Origin: Octopus vulgaris
Lineage: Eukaryota
DNA: 64,000 nt
NCBI GenBank assembly: GCA_951406725.2
Contig: OX597821.1
Location: 2,170,001 to 2,234,000 of the forward strand
Direction of reading: 5' to 3'
Shown here: piece by piece, positions 12,673 through 26,715 of the stretch
How positions within the stretch are numbered: position 1 is the stretch's first letter
Layout: every line of letters begins with the position of its first letter
The notes under the pieces: generated by a model
Database searches by the model: none
The model's input: only the letters and a program-made list of their open reading frames with translations
What the model was told of the DNA's origin: nothing
Program-made: the position numbers and the translations under genes

Positions 12673-13973
12673 TTTATTCTAAATGAAAAAAAAAAAATTA
12701 TTTCAATACAATATTTAAACAAATCTTTAAATAATTTAAGGGAATTTTCCTATTAGAATAACTTTATTATACATTAAATTAATGTCGTACTCTTTATAGT
12801 TATAAATACAAGATCAAAGACTCCTATTTTATTGACTACGGTTTAAGTCACGAGAAGTGAGTACAAGCTTGTTTTTGCAGTTTTCTGGCGGCTAGTAATT
12901 TGATACTTCATATCAAGATGGAATTCTTATTTAATCAACCAGTTGAAGGATCGATTAAATATGCATTTTGCTTAAGTCGTGCCTGGGTATACAACGCTTA
13001 AGTCGTGCCTGGGTATTCGAAACGTGTTACAGCAAAATAAATTTCTGATCATCCGTCTCCAATCTTCGCCTATCTTTTAATATACTCTACGATTAATACA
13101 AGGAACTGAACTGATGTACAACCACGGATCTAGAAATTGAAGTTATCACAGGAAATGAGGAAGTTAAGAGTAAAAATATATGGATTGCTTAGTAATATGT
13201 AGACAATTTAGTTAACTGGATTAAATTTCCACAGGGTGCTTAAAGAGTTATTCGTCTGGATATATTTAATCCTTGATTCCCTTAACAGATACATACACAT
13301 ACGCACACAAATATACGAGAAACAGGACGTCTGTTATAATGACCACACGTACGTATATAGATACTCACATACATACATACATACATACATACATACATAG
13401 ATACATACATACATACATACATACATACATACATACATACGTACATACATACATACATACATACATACTTACACACACACACTCGCACGTGTGTAATTTC
13501 ATATACTCACACATATATACTTAGAGATATATAATTGTTAAACAGTACAACATATGTTAAGGCAAAGCAAACATCTCAAGTCTGTTCATTATACTTAGAG
13601 ATACATCGATAAAGATAGACAGAGAAATAGATAGATAGTCAGACAGATAGACATAAACACTGACAGACAAAGCAAATTGGTAGCAGATTTATATTGCTAA
13701 TGTCCATAATTATTAATTCTATTAGTTATGTATTCATATCATGTACATGCGATGACAGTTCTTTCTGTCTTTCTGTAACCATATCTTATGTTACAATTTC
13801 TAATCTGATGCATTAGACAGCACATTAACTGATTCTCTATTTCATGTGTGCAGATATCAATTAGTCAAGAATAACGGAAGTCCTCCCAGCATGCAAGCCT
13901 GCAATAGAATAGAGCTGATACGATCCTTCTTTTCGTTACCTCTTGCTTCTTCTCTCTTCTCTCTCTCCCGTTC

Positions 13974-14307
<334 letters not shown>

Positions 14308-14448
14308 GTCGGTTTATACGTGTCTAATTTCATTTGTTTTTGTTTTAATTCTAATATAAATGTCTCACACCAGAACCACTCACCAAGTTCCTCTTCTTTG
14401 ATTATATATTATACATGTATACATATAGACATTCACAAATACAAAAAC

Positions 14449-14599
14449 ATGTGGTTGTGTGGTAAGTAGTTTGCTTCCCAACCACATGGTTCCGAGTTCA
14501 GTCCCACAGCGAGTGACCTTGGGCAAGTGTCTCCTACTTTAGCCACGGGTCAACCAAAGCTTTGTGGATTTCGTAGACGGAAACTGCAAGAAGCCCGTC

Positions 14600-14655
<56 letters not shown>

Positions 14656-14850
14656 TTGTACCGACACTATCACTTGACAACCAATGTTGGTGTGTTTACG
14701 TACCCGTAACTTAGTTGTTTGGCAAAACAGACCGATCGAATAATTACTAGGCTTACAAAGAATAAGTCCTGGGGTCGATCTCTTCGACTAAAGGTGGTGC
14801 TCCAGCATGGCTGCAGTCAACAGACTGAAATAAATAAATGAATAAAAGAA
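14449..14850 (+). mobile_element. tRNA-derived CORE-like SINE, family A
   Basis: gtggttgtgtggtaagtag head, GTTCAGTCCC B-box-like, gaccttgggcaagtg CORE-like motif, internal (TA)n(TG)n, gactgaaa tail. Confidence 0.9.
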
Positions 14851-14866
14851 TATATGCCTGACTGCG

Positions 14867-14985
<119 letters not shown>

Positions 14986-15256
14986 CATTGTATTTAAATA
15001 ATAAGGGTGATAAGTTGAATATTAATTTGATTAATATCAATTTAAAAACAGTAGCCTAACATATTGAAATATCTGAAGATTCAGAAAAATTATATCACAT
15101 ACATATCTGTGGGATGACCGTTAAATAGACATCCATTATGCCAGAGGTAGACCCCATATGATCTGACCACTAAGAAAAGATTGTTCTCAAGAAAATACAG
15201 TATATGGCAGAACGTAAGCGAGCAAGACAAATGAAAAGATACCAAACACAAAGATT

Positions 15257-15329
15257 AATCACAAAGCCGGTTTCATTGTTACCACTTACGCAATACCTAC
15301 GTAAATGTCCGCAATTCATCAGTGTAATC
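15257..15329 (-). ncRNA. Type I hammerhead ribozyme motif (helix III degenerate)
   Basis: Minus strand: GAUUACA-CUGAUGA-AUUG...CAAU-GAAAC-CGG-CUU/UGUGAUU. Confidence 0.6.
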
Positions 15330-15769
15330 GTCATAGCAAAATATAATTTGCAGAACTATACACGAGATGTCCGCATGAGATTGAACATGTATATAGTTCT
15401 ACCAATTACATTTGTGGATGTATTTCAAAAGTTTTCGATTTGGCGCACCAAAATACCGGAAATAATTTTGCAGAAATTAATTTCTGCAGCGAAATTTGCC
15501 GGTTAGAGAACATATTTATTTAAATTTAAATAATAAAGGTGAAAAATTGAATATAAATTGGATTAATATCAATTTACAAGCAATGGTCTAGCATATTGAA
15601 AAATCTGAAGATTCAGAAAATTATATTACATACATATAAGAAGTATGACCACTAAGTGGTCATCCATTATTCTTGAGTTAGACACCATAAGATCAGACCA
15701 CTAAGAAAAGATTGTCCTCAAGGAAATTGAGCAAACGCCAGAATGTAAACGAGCAAGACAAATGAAAAG

Positions 15770-15830
15770 ATACACTGATGAATTGCGTAAGTATTACGTA
15801 AGTGGTAACAATGAAACCGGGTTTGTGATT
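15770..15830 (+). ncRNA. Type I hammerhead ribozyme motif
   Basis: UACA-CUGAUGA(15775-15781)-AUUG...CAAU-GAAAC-CGG-GUU/UGUG. Confidence 0.65.
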
Positions 15831-16139
15831 AATCTTTATATTTTGTATTTTTTGATTTGTCTTGCTCGCTTACGTTCTGGTGTTTGCTGAATTGAACCAA
15901 TACGTATGTTAATAATATTGAGATAATGACGTTCCTTAGACGACAAAATTTCTTTCAACGCATAAATTCACTTAAAGAATCTTGCAAACTAGATGCCAAA
16001 AAAAAAATCAAGAATCTTTTATATAGATAAACTCGCACATCGGCTGTCAAAGGATTGTTACTTTTGAACATTGAATCATTTTCACAAGCCTACATATTCT
16101 ATAGGAGTATTCCTGCTGAGACGAATATACAAAGGAATG

Positions 16140-16240
16140 AGGAAAGACACGGAACATACAAAGAATATAAACCTTTGGGTCGCAAATCACTATACATTGG
16201 GAGACACAATGCCTACTGCATTGCAAACCTGGATTAGACA
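16140..16240 (+). pseudogene. Possible GIY-YIG endonuclease remnant (PLE)
   Basis: GTY-X11-YIG, then ETQCLLH after a one-base frameshift; lies near the pLTR cluster. Confidence 0.3.
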
Positions 16241-16354
16241 GATGGAAATATATATAATAGACTCTCACTAAAAGCGCTCGAGGTGTGCAATTCCATATTT
16301 CTGTATTTCTCTTTACCAATCAGAGTGCAAATCTGTTCATTTGCTTGAGTCATC

Positions 16355-17201
16355 CGAGGTCTGACCAATAAGTACACGGACTGTTGCCATAGTAACAAAC
16401 CTAAAGCATGCAGGGTGAATCCGCTTGGCACAGGTTGACCTTGGCCTCTGCTGTGTAAGTCCACTAAGGTTTAACAATTTAGCTTGCTTCCGCTGTTTTC
16501 GGCAGTGCTTGGATGGAAGGTGGCATTGCCGAGGACAAAGAAAGATGTCATGGTCGTACTTGCTCAGCGGCCGACGCAAAGCTGCAGAAAATGTATAGAG
16601 AGGAGTGTATGAGCCGCACAGAAGTGTACAAGTGGTTCAGACGTTTCCAGCATGGCCGAAAAAGTGTCGATAGTGACGAACAGTCTGGGATGCACGCAAC
16701 CAGAAGAGCTGAGAAAAATATCGTAGATGTGCGTGCAGCTCAGAGCGGAAATCATAGAATCACCATCTATGAAATAGCAGAAGATGTGAAGATTAGTTAC
16801 GGTTCAGTTCAGTCCATTACCGCTGAAGATTTGGGTATGAGACGCGTGTCTGCCAAGCTTGGGCCAAAACTGCTTTCAGCTGACTAAGAAGACACTTTCA
16901 GTTTTACAAGATCTTGATTGTGTCGAGAAAGAGGAAAAGGTTTTGAAAACTTTGTGTTAGCCTCTGATCTGGAATCGCTAAGCTTTTGGCAAAATTTGAT
17001 GCAGATTCTCTGATCAACTTTCGCTGTCATGGTCAATGCGACGACCGCACGCTGCGCACGTTACATCCAAGCACTGCTGTAAATAGAGGAAGCAAGCTAC
17101 AACGTTAAAACTTAGTGCATATGCACATAAGCGTTCAAAGTCAATCTGTGCATCACTTCGTTACTATGGCAACAGTCTAGATACTTATTGATCAGACCAC
17201 T
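16355..17201 (+). mobile_element. Internally deleted mariner element (~850 bp)
   Basis: ~40-bp TIRs gaggtctgaccaataagtacacggactgttgccatagtaac / gttactatggcaacagtctagatacttattgatcagaccac; TA at the right end. Confidence 0.9.
16513..16887 (+). pseudogene. Mariner transposase N-terminal HTH domains; catalytic domain missing
   Basis: MSRTEVYKWFRRFQHGRKSVDSDEQSG...RITIYEIAEDVKISYGSVQSITAEDLGMRRVSAKLGPKLLS (WVPxxL-like linker). Confidence 0.85.
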
Positions 17202-17473
17202 ACACACAATAGTGTTTAGTGTGAAAACATTAACACTTGTCAAACAATAATGTTACTATTGGACATGTACTATATTTCTTTTTTAATCAGTTGGAAAATA
17301 CGCTATTTTTGTTAATCTGTGTGATAGATCCTTCACCTTTCGGTGTGATTCATAAAATTTCATTCACTTTCTATCTGGAGACCTACATCACACAAAATTG
17401 CACTCACACACACATACACACATACACACACACACTCTTAAACACACATATGGCTATTAGTATATTTACATAA

Positions 17474-17520
<47 letters not shown>

Positions 17521-17526
17521 TATATA

Positions 17527-17567
<41 letters not shown>

Positions 17568-17793
17568 CAATCTAGCTGTCTATTTAATTCATCAGTCAAT
17601 ATACATATAAATACACCCCCACACACACATATATATATATGTATGAGTGTGTCTATGCGTGTATATCCATGTGTGTCTATATAACTGAATGTGTACGTAC
17701 GCGTAGTCTCACGAAGAAATTCACTCTGTCTCTGTCGCCTTCTTTGTCTGTCCGTGTCTGTCTGTGTCTGTCTGTCTGTCTCTCCTTCTCTCT

Positions 17794-17830
<37 letters not shown>

Positions 17831-18224
17831 CGCTCCAAATAATTAAGCGTTTCGGAGTTAGTAATAAAATTCAATTAGTTAGTTTGTTTTTATTTATTTA
17901 TTTCTGTTTTACCTCTTTTCCTGCAACTTATTTAAAGAAGCAAATAGAAAAATAGAAAAGATAAGAGAGAATCAAAAACAAAAACAACATGACATCTCGA
18001 CAATAAACATATCAACTAAATGAAATCCTGACATTGAAGCAACTTGCTGTTTGTTATCACCGTCAATTATGTTATTACACTTAATATTTGTCTGCAAATT
18101 GTAGACCAATCTAATAACCAATATGTTACTCACTTTCTTCATGCTATAATCAAGAGGGAGTGTGCCACACATCGAAAGAAAGAGGAATTGAGGAGAGATA
18201 CATGTGCACACACATTATGCCTTA

Positions 18225-18298
<74 letters not shown>

Positions 18299-18997
18299 AT
18301 GTATATGGACGAGTATTGAGAAAAATGGTTATATGTACAAACACGTAATGTAGGTACACATATTCAAACACAAGCACACACATGCACATACACACACTGG
18401 TACATACATATATACTTGGGTGTGTGTATGTGTGTTTGTGAGTGTGTGTGTGTGTGTGTGTGCATAGGGTTTAGTGCGTGTGTATGTTGTGCTTGCGCGT
18501 TGTTGCACGTCGAAGTTTTTTTCTGCTTATAATACTCTGTAGTACACTACAAGTCCGAAACGGTAAAACCACACGCAAACCACACGCACCCACACACACA
18601 CACACACACACACACGGACACACACACACACACGGACACACACACACACACGGACATTCACTCACCCACACACACACACGCACGCACATACCTGAACACA
18701 CACATACATAGATGGTAAATAGTTTAGTTGGTGTCGTCTTGAGAGAAAATTCTTGCTGAAAGTTACGTAATCTGGTTATCAATGTTTCCGAGAAAACATT
18801 TTCGATTCAAATAAATTCGTTTCGGAATTTCGCATATTTCACGATCATGCTCAAGAAGACTCCTCTCACCTCCATTAGTCAAGAGGTTATGTGACTCCGA
18901 CCAGCAGTTCCTATGTGTTTTCTATATTGCTGACGTCACAGCAATGGTAACTTTCTAACCAACTTGCCAAGCACATGCGTGGCACAAAGAGAAATGT

Positions 18998-19043
<46 letters not shown>

Positions 19044-19115
19044 ATATATATGTATATATATATAGGTATATATATATATATATATATATATATCTATATA
19101 TGTATATATGTATGA

Positions 19116-19174
<59 letters not shown>

Positions 19175-19175
<1 letters not shown>

Positions 19176-19365
19176 TAGCATTATAACCCGATTTCATTCG
19201 GGTCTACTCGGGTCACATTGGAAAGATAAGAAATTTTGGCCTCGAGGTCACGCCTTTCAATTGCGCAAACTCAAAGTTGCCATGCAAAGTCCCCGGCACT
19301 TTTACTAACACTTTTACCTGCACAACGGCTTGGGAGACAACGTCCGCCCTGTTCACAAATATATA

Positions 19366-19370
<5 letters not shown>
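19175..19370 (-). mobile_element. Mini non-autonomous Helitron (~195 bp) in (TA)n
   Basis: Minus-strand 3' hairpin acccga/tcgggt followed by ...gCTAG|t; 5' end tatactatatatttg. Confidence 0.65.
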
Positions 19371-19404
<34 letters not shown>

Positions 19405-19894
19405 AGCTGTTTGAATGTGTGTGTATGGGTGTGGGTGTTTCTATAACCTAGTGGTTCGGCAACAGGTATCAACAGAATAACTAATATATAAGTTGTGGGT
19501 CGATTTGTTTTACAAAAGGGCTTCATGCCAGTTCCCCATCCTCACCGCACTGAAACAAGTAAAAGAGAAGACACTAATACGTTGGTTGTGCAAATTGAAT
19601 TAGATACGTTGGCTAGTGTCAAATGGATGCTATATTCGTATGAATTCATTTTGTGGAGGTAGAAGAAAGTCGAGCTTTGGACTGTGCATAGTAATACGCT
19701 CACAGTCAAGCCCGTCCTTCATTTACAAAAGGACTACAAACATTCTCGAAGACATGCGGCGGCAGATTAACTCTGCGCCCTAGTTTAGTACGGCACTGCT
19801 ACAGTCCCAGAACACACGCACACGCAAACACACACATGGATACACTCACATACACACACACACACATGTACACATATATGTGTGACTGTGCGTT

Positions 19895-19932
<38 letters not shown>

Positions 19933-20006
19933 CACACGCATATACACAGTTTTATATATCTATATACGTTTATACACACACACATATGTATGTATATATA
20001 TATATA

Positions 20007-20111
20007 GTGACGTATATTTGCCGTTTGAATATGGCTAACCCCTAAGGGTGGATGCTACTGTAGCATCCACCCTTAGGGGTTAGCCATATTCAAATGGCAA
20101 ATATGCGTCAC
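20007..20111. repeat. Near-perfect palindrome, 52-bp arms
   Basis: 20007-20058 is the reverse complement of 20060-20111 with 2 differences. Confidence 0.95.
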
Positions 20112-20159
20112 GATGTGATACCGCTAGTGTTTATAACTCGCTCTGAGATTTATCATTGT

Positions 20160-20197
<38 letters not shown>

Positions 20198-20264
20198 TAT
20201 ATAAATATATACATATAGATACATATACATATACGTATATATACCGATATCTATATGTACGTAC

Positions 20265-20343
<79 letters not shown>

Positions 20344-20473
20344 AATGTATATATATATATATATATATATATATGCGTGTGTGTGTGTGTCAGTGTGAGT
20401 GTGTCTGTTTGTGTTTCTGTGTGTACATATGTATATATATCTATATATATATATCTATATATATATATGTATG

Positions 20474-20507
<34 letters not shown>

Positions 20508-20525
20508 TATACATATATATATGTG

Positions 20526-20614
<89 letters not shown>

Positions 20615-21494
20615 TATGTTCACATATGTATACGGAAATGTAACCCAATACTCTGGCAGTTATAGCGTAATTTATTACATTACATGTATAGTACAATTTT
20701 GTTTCAATTTCCAATACAATATATTATCTTAATTATTTTCTTGCTGTCAGATGCAATAGTCTGCTGGTAGATTTTGATTGAATATTTCATATCATCTGGT
20801 ACACTTCTCCGGGCATCAGTCCTCGTGTGATGTTTCTACGCAATGCTACAAAATGAAATTCTGTATCGATAGATACCGTGTCATTCCTAGTTATTATTTG
20901 TAGTTCAATCAGAATATATTCTGTTTAAGCTCAGGCTCATATTATTAAATGTTGTCCGATAATTCATTTCTGAAGTCTGTCGGTGGTTATAACGTGCTAT
21001 TCATGTCACGGGATTGACACTTAGTCAGAGAACAAATGTAAATATATTTTGTATTTTTAAAAGAAAATTCGGTGAGAACATTTTGATTTGGAACATAGTA
21101 CATTAAAAAAAAAAATTAATGAAGTGTTTAAGGATGAAATGAATTGACATCATTGCAATAAGAACAAAACATGAGATTTTCTGGAGAGTAAATACGCTAA
21201 CCGATGGACCTGACGGACATGTTTCTTGTGCAATTAAAATTCGTGATGGAAGCATAGCCTAGATACGCAGATACACACAAGCACACAAACACACATTCAC
21301 ACACACACACATGCACACACACGCACACACAAACATAGACACACACACACACACACACACTATCTTCCAAGATTCATATGTATGTTCGGGAGAAATACGT
21401 TTGGTCAGAATACTGCCTCAAGATGCATACAAACTTCACCCTTCCTTCATAAAAGCAAAAATGTCTTTGTTAGGGCTGCATTAGATACGAAAAG

Positions 21495-21564
<70 letters not shown>

Positions 21565-21764
21565 GTATGTGTGAGTGTATTTGCATGTGTGCCTGTGCGC
21601 GAGCGCGCGTGTATGTATAATTATATCTATGTATATATGAGTGTATATATGTACAGCTGCAAAAATGGCTGCATGCTAAAAAGCTTATTATCCAATCACA
21701 TATTTCTAGGTTCAATCCCAGATACTTTCTATTATTGCCTTGGACCAATCAAAGTCTTGTGAGT

Positions 21765-22652
21765 GAGTTCTCGGTATTGGAACCAACTGGTTCAGCCGTC
21801 TCTGGATTTCATCTCACAGGTGTCAATTGGGATCAAATCCGGACTGAGAGCCGAGTACGGCATGGTTCTGATGTTGTACCAACGCAGGAAGTCCATGGTG
21901 ACCCTGGCCGTGAGGGAAGGAACATTGTCCTACTGGAACACGTTGCTATGGTGACGCGCGAAGAAGGTAACAAAGTGAGCTCTACGGATCTGATCAACGT
22001 AGCGCTGCTCTGTGATGCTAGTCCATCTGCCTGCACCAACATTTTGGAACACATAGTGCCCAGTTCTCTGATTCAGGACTATAGCACCCCAAACCATGAT
22101 GCTTTGGCCACCCCAAGCGTCTCTCTTCATGACACAGGCATCTCTGTAGCGTTCACTCCATCCTACGCTCCACCCTCACTCTGGAACGGGCTCTCGTCAG
22201 AGAATACTATCGACCTCCATTATTGATAACGCCAATGTCGGTGCTGTGTAGCCTATTGTATAACAAAGTTCAACAAACAACAACCTTAATGTAACAAGTG
22301 CTACTGACCGTAATTCGTGACACTGACATACAAAGTGAGAGGAACAATTGGATGACGGATTTCAAATGCTTGGAACGCGGTTCAACTTGATTTTTATACC
22401 CATAACCTCCATGGAATGCACGTTCATTTTGGTTTTCATGACAATTGTTTGCGACTGCCACTCACGGCATTCAATGCAGCTGCGTTTCGGTGTCTCGTTT
22501 CAGGGAAGTTGAAAGGTTGCCAGCTATTTGGGTATCAGCCATAAGCCAGCGTTGCCTTGGAATATTTACACTCAAATCCCCCAAATAAATTTACTGAATT
22601 TACCATATAAAAATGACATTTGAAAAAATCCTGCTTCTTTTGCAGTTCAGTG
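21765..22652 (-). mobile_element. Degenerate Tc1-like transposon
   Basis: Minus strand: GGQSIMVWGAI...RYVDQI...VFQ*DNVPSLTARVTMDFL...ALSPDLIPID (DDE region); terminal cactgaactgcaaaag at 22652. Confidence 0.85.
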
Positions 22653-22898
22653 TTTATATGCATGTACATGCTGAAGACCCTACAGATTATAAAACAGCTG
22701 GTGAATGCAAGTGCATAGGAATCATCTATTGTTAGTTTCCCATCGCTCTAGAAGCCTCAATATCGATCTTTTTCTTTAAGTCTGAAGGCCTCAATATCGA
22801 TATTCTAAAAGTCTAAAGTTTAAAGAAATCGGATGAGAGATGTAGAAGTTATTGAGGTACATCAAAATTTTGTGCACAGACACAGATACACAAAGACA

Positions 22899-22980
<82 letters not shown>

Positions 22981-23639
22981 CACATACACAGAGAAAACTT
23001 CAATTTTATAGATATTAAATATATATGCAAGAATGTATATGGTTGTGTGTGATGTGAGCGTATACACACATGCTTCTTATAAAACTGTGTTCGGTGTGTT
23101 GTTATTTTCTTTGTCCAGTGTATATCATACCCTATCCTAGCCCTTTACGGCGCTATTATCTACACTTAAACATAATACAACGGCTTTAATAATTATGATT
23201 AGTAGAAGCATAGCGTAAGTGTGAAATCATCCGAGGTTCCCGATATACGAACTCTGCACTGATACCTCCAATTTTAATTATTCGGAGCGTGGAATACTAA
23301 ACGACAATTTTGGCCTTTGGCGAATGACTGTTAAGACGAAAAACCAATTAAGGAACCGACTAATCAACCAGTCTCTTACTAAAACCATCCCTCATCTGCC
23401 CCTCCATCTGCGACTGATCCCATCGGCAACGTCTGTAGAATATTTTACATTTGTTTCCATTAGGAAATAGTTACTTCTGCAAATCTACACTAATAAAATA
23501 TACTTTAATTCGTGAAACAAATATTTTGTATTAGATTCATGCATTTGCTTTCTCAGTTTTAATTCCTTACCTCCAGCGGGAAATTAACAATCCAATCAGC
23601 ATCATTGATTAGCTATTTGCTCTCCAGTAATCAAACATA

Positions 23640-23980
<341 letters not shown>

Positions 23981-24595
23981 TATATCTTCACGTTTGTCTA
24001 CACTTTAGATTTAAATCAGCACCATCTCAAATGAACAGAAGTGTGGCATTTTTAAAGGTTATACCGCAAATTATTTCATTTCACCGAGGGCGTCATCAAC
24101 ACGAAAAGTATTCGCTACGGGTTATAGAAGGAAACCTCTTAAGTCACAAGATTAAATCTTTATTAACCTTATTATAACACTTCTATATCTTGAAATAGAT
24201 TACGCTAAGGCAGTCAAACAAAATATTGGTTAATTAACAGCGGATATGGGAAGATAACAATCTACTGAAATAGAATATCAAACAAAGGTGTTTAGCTATG
24301 CTGTAATTCTCCAAAAGAATACACTACAGTATGGTACTATAAGATGCGGTTCTACGTAGCAATGCATCTTTAACTTCATATATATATATGTGTGTATGTA
24401 TCTTTATGTGTGTGTATGTGTGTGTGTATCAGATGTCATAACGGAAGAGGCAATTAGCAATATAAAACCAAAAAGGGAAAGATTCAATTTTCATTAATTT
24501 TGAATGACGGTGCAAGACACCACCTACATTGCTAGAAATAAGCGCTAAAACCTGTGAGTTATAGCTTTTTCTCATTTACCCTGTACATATATATA

Positions 24596-24688
<93 letters not shown>

Positions 24689-24693
24689 ATATA

Positions 24694-24857
24694 CCTTACT
24701 ATAGCTGAAAAAACATCACAAAAATCTACTCAGAGTTTCACATTCCCGTTTGCCGGACAGTTTTAGTGCAGATTCTCAACTAAAACTGTCCAATGAAAGG
24801 GAACAGGAATCTCTGAGTAACAGTTTTTGTGATGTCATTGCAGCTTTATTAATAAGG
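24694..24857. repeat. Imperfect fold-back element (~165 bp)
   Basis: Perfect 13-bp inner stem ggacagttttagt/actaaaactgtcc; imperfect arms extend via actcagag/ctctgagt and acatcacaaaaa/tttttgtgatgt to cctta/taagg. Confidence 0.8.
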
Positions 24858-24941
24858 CATATTACTCTACCGCCGGTATTCAAATATTATTTTTTCCACC
24901 TTGTTTCACATTTAATTGCTTACTCTGGTATATACATACAT

Positions 24942-25003
<62 letters not shown>

Positions 25004-25200
25004 GTATACATACATACATACTTATTATTAATTTATATTCTAGAAGACGTATCTATAAATGCTCAAATATCCATGCAGCCTTGGATTTGTTTATCTCATT
25101 ACGAACAAAATTCATATTTACATATATATATATATATTTCTTTTTGTATATTTATTAGTTAATTTATAAGTTAAGATACGTACATTTATTATATTATTTA

Positions 25201-25267
<67 letters not shown>

Positions 25268-25270
<3 letters not shown>

Positions 25271-25388
25271 GACCTGATGAGTGACTATATTTTGAAAAAG
25301 ATAAATTTTAGATCGATTTAGTTTTAATCTATTGATATTATTATCATTAACTATTTGAAAATATAGCCACGAAACGCGCGTATTCTAT
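25268..25388 (+). ncRNA. Type I hammerhead ribozyme with long helix II
   Basis: AUAGAC-CUGAUGA(25274-25280)-GUGaCUAUAUUUU...AAAAUAUAGcCAC-GAAAC-GCGC-GUA/uUCUAU. Confidence 0.75.
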
Positions 25389-25593
25389 TTACTACTTATT
25401 GTTTATGTACTTCATTTTTAGAATAATGTTTTTTATTGAATATTTAACCTTCTCTATATGATGCAAATAACGTCTTTCAATATTGTATTAATAGAGTTTT
25501 TTCTCTAAATTTTATACATCTATTATATATTGAGGAATTTGATTTAGAATTGCTAAATTGAATTTTTCCCTGTAAGATTTGGAATTATATTCC

Positions 25594-25686
<93 letters not shown>

Positions 25687-25704
25687 TTATTATTATTATT
25701 ATTA

Positions 25705-25739
<35 letters not shown>

Positions 25740-26382
25740 ATACATACATGTATACAAATTATATGCCAGTATACCTTTCCTTGTGTGTGTTTAAGCGTAA
25801 GTTTCTTTGTTCGAAAGTAGATATATCGGAATAAATAAAACACTCTGTCTTACCTATGTATAATACATAGAATCAAGCACGAATATTATATATACAATAT
25901 AATTTCAGCTACCGATATATCTCTACCTCTACATTCTGTCCAAAGTTTGTGTTTAGTTGGATATGAAAAGCATAAGAAGATCAAAGTCGTGAAAATTGGC
26001 AGAGTCGTGAAAGTCTTGGATAGAAATATTGTATCGGTTTAATCTTTGTGTGCTTGGGTACAAAATGCATCGAGGAAATTTTCCAAAGTACCATTCTAGG
26101 GTCGAGCAAATAATGCATGAATCCAGAAGAGGCGGTAAAACCTTTTCATTCATTCTCTCTTAATATCAAGTATGTTCCTTGTGATGTGATAATTGTCGTT
26201 GGCAACGAATCTATTTCTCACTCACTTCGAGAGTAGTTGAGCAAGGGAATATCAACTTCGTCCATAAATGCATAGGTTAAAAACTCGTAATATGATTTAA
26301 CGACGAAACAATATGCATTGTGAAAACAGAACGGATATATTAGCAAATGTATACTTGTATCACTATATAACTACTATTAAAG

Positions 26383-26715
26383 CTGTGAGCTGGCAGATTC
26401 GTTAGCACGCCGGGGAAAATGCTCAACGCCACTTCATCCGTCTGAGTCCAAATTCCGCCGAGGTCGACTTTGCTTTTCATCCTTTAAATCTCTGTGGTTA
26501 ATGTAATCGACTTTTCCTCAACCCAGCAAAATTTCAGACCTTGTGCCTTTAGTAGAAATGATGTTATAACTATTACTAAGTTCCACTAAGATAAACTTTG
26601 CTTTTTATACATTTGGGGTCAATAGTATACGTACCAGTTTAATACTGGGGTCGACGTAATCGACTTAAACCCTTCACCTGGAAATGCTGGCCTTGTGGAA
26701 AAGTTTGAAATCAAT
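26383..26715 (+). mobile_element. Family B SINE, degraded, plus a second body fragment
   Basis: gagctggcagattcgttagcacgccgg head; aattccgccgaggtcgactttgcttttcatcc. Confidence 0.8.

Larger units (their letters stand above)
14992..15892. mobile_element. Penelope-like pLTR cluster: tandem pLTR plus inverted partial pLTR, two HHRs
   Basis: 14992-15242 repeated (diverged) at 15524-15773; 15771-15892 is an inverted copy of about 15195-15325. Confidence 0.75.

Noticed and set aside
12964-13040. attttgct...cgaaacgtgttacagcaaaat, possible HHR 3' half with a 20-bp tandem duplication
   Set aside because: No CUGANGA core present
18510-18570. tgtagt/actaca stem followed by gtccGAAACGGTA
   Set aside because: Core and helix I unrecognisable; could be chance
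18900-18992. [11 protein letters not shown] zinc-finger-like peptide and a TGACGTCA CRE site
   Set aside because: No cysteine pair in frame; a lone 8-mer is expected by chance
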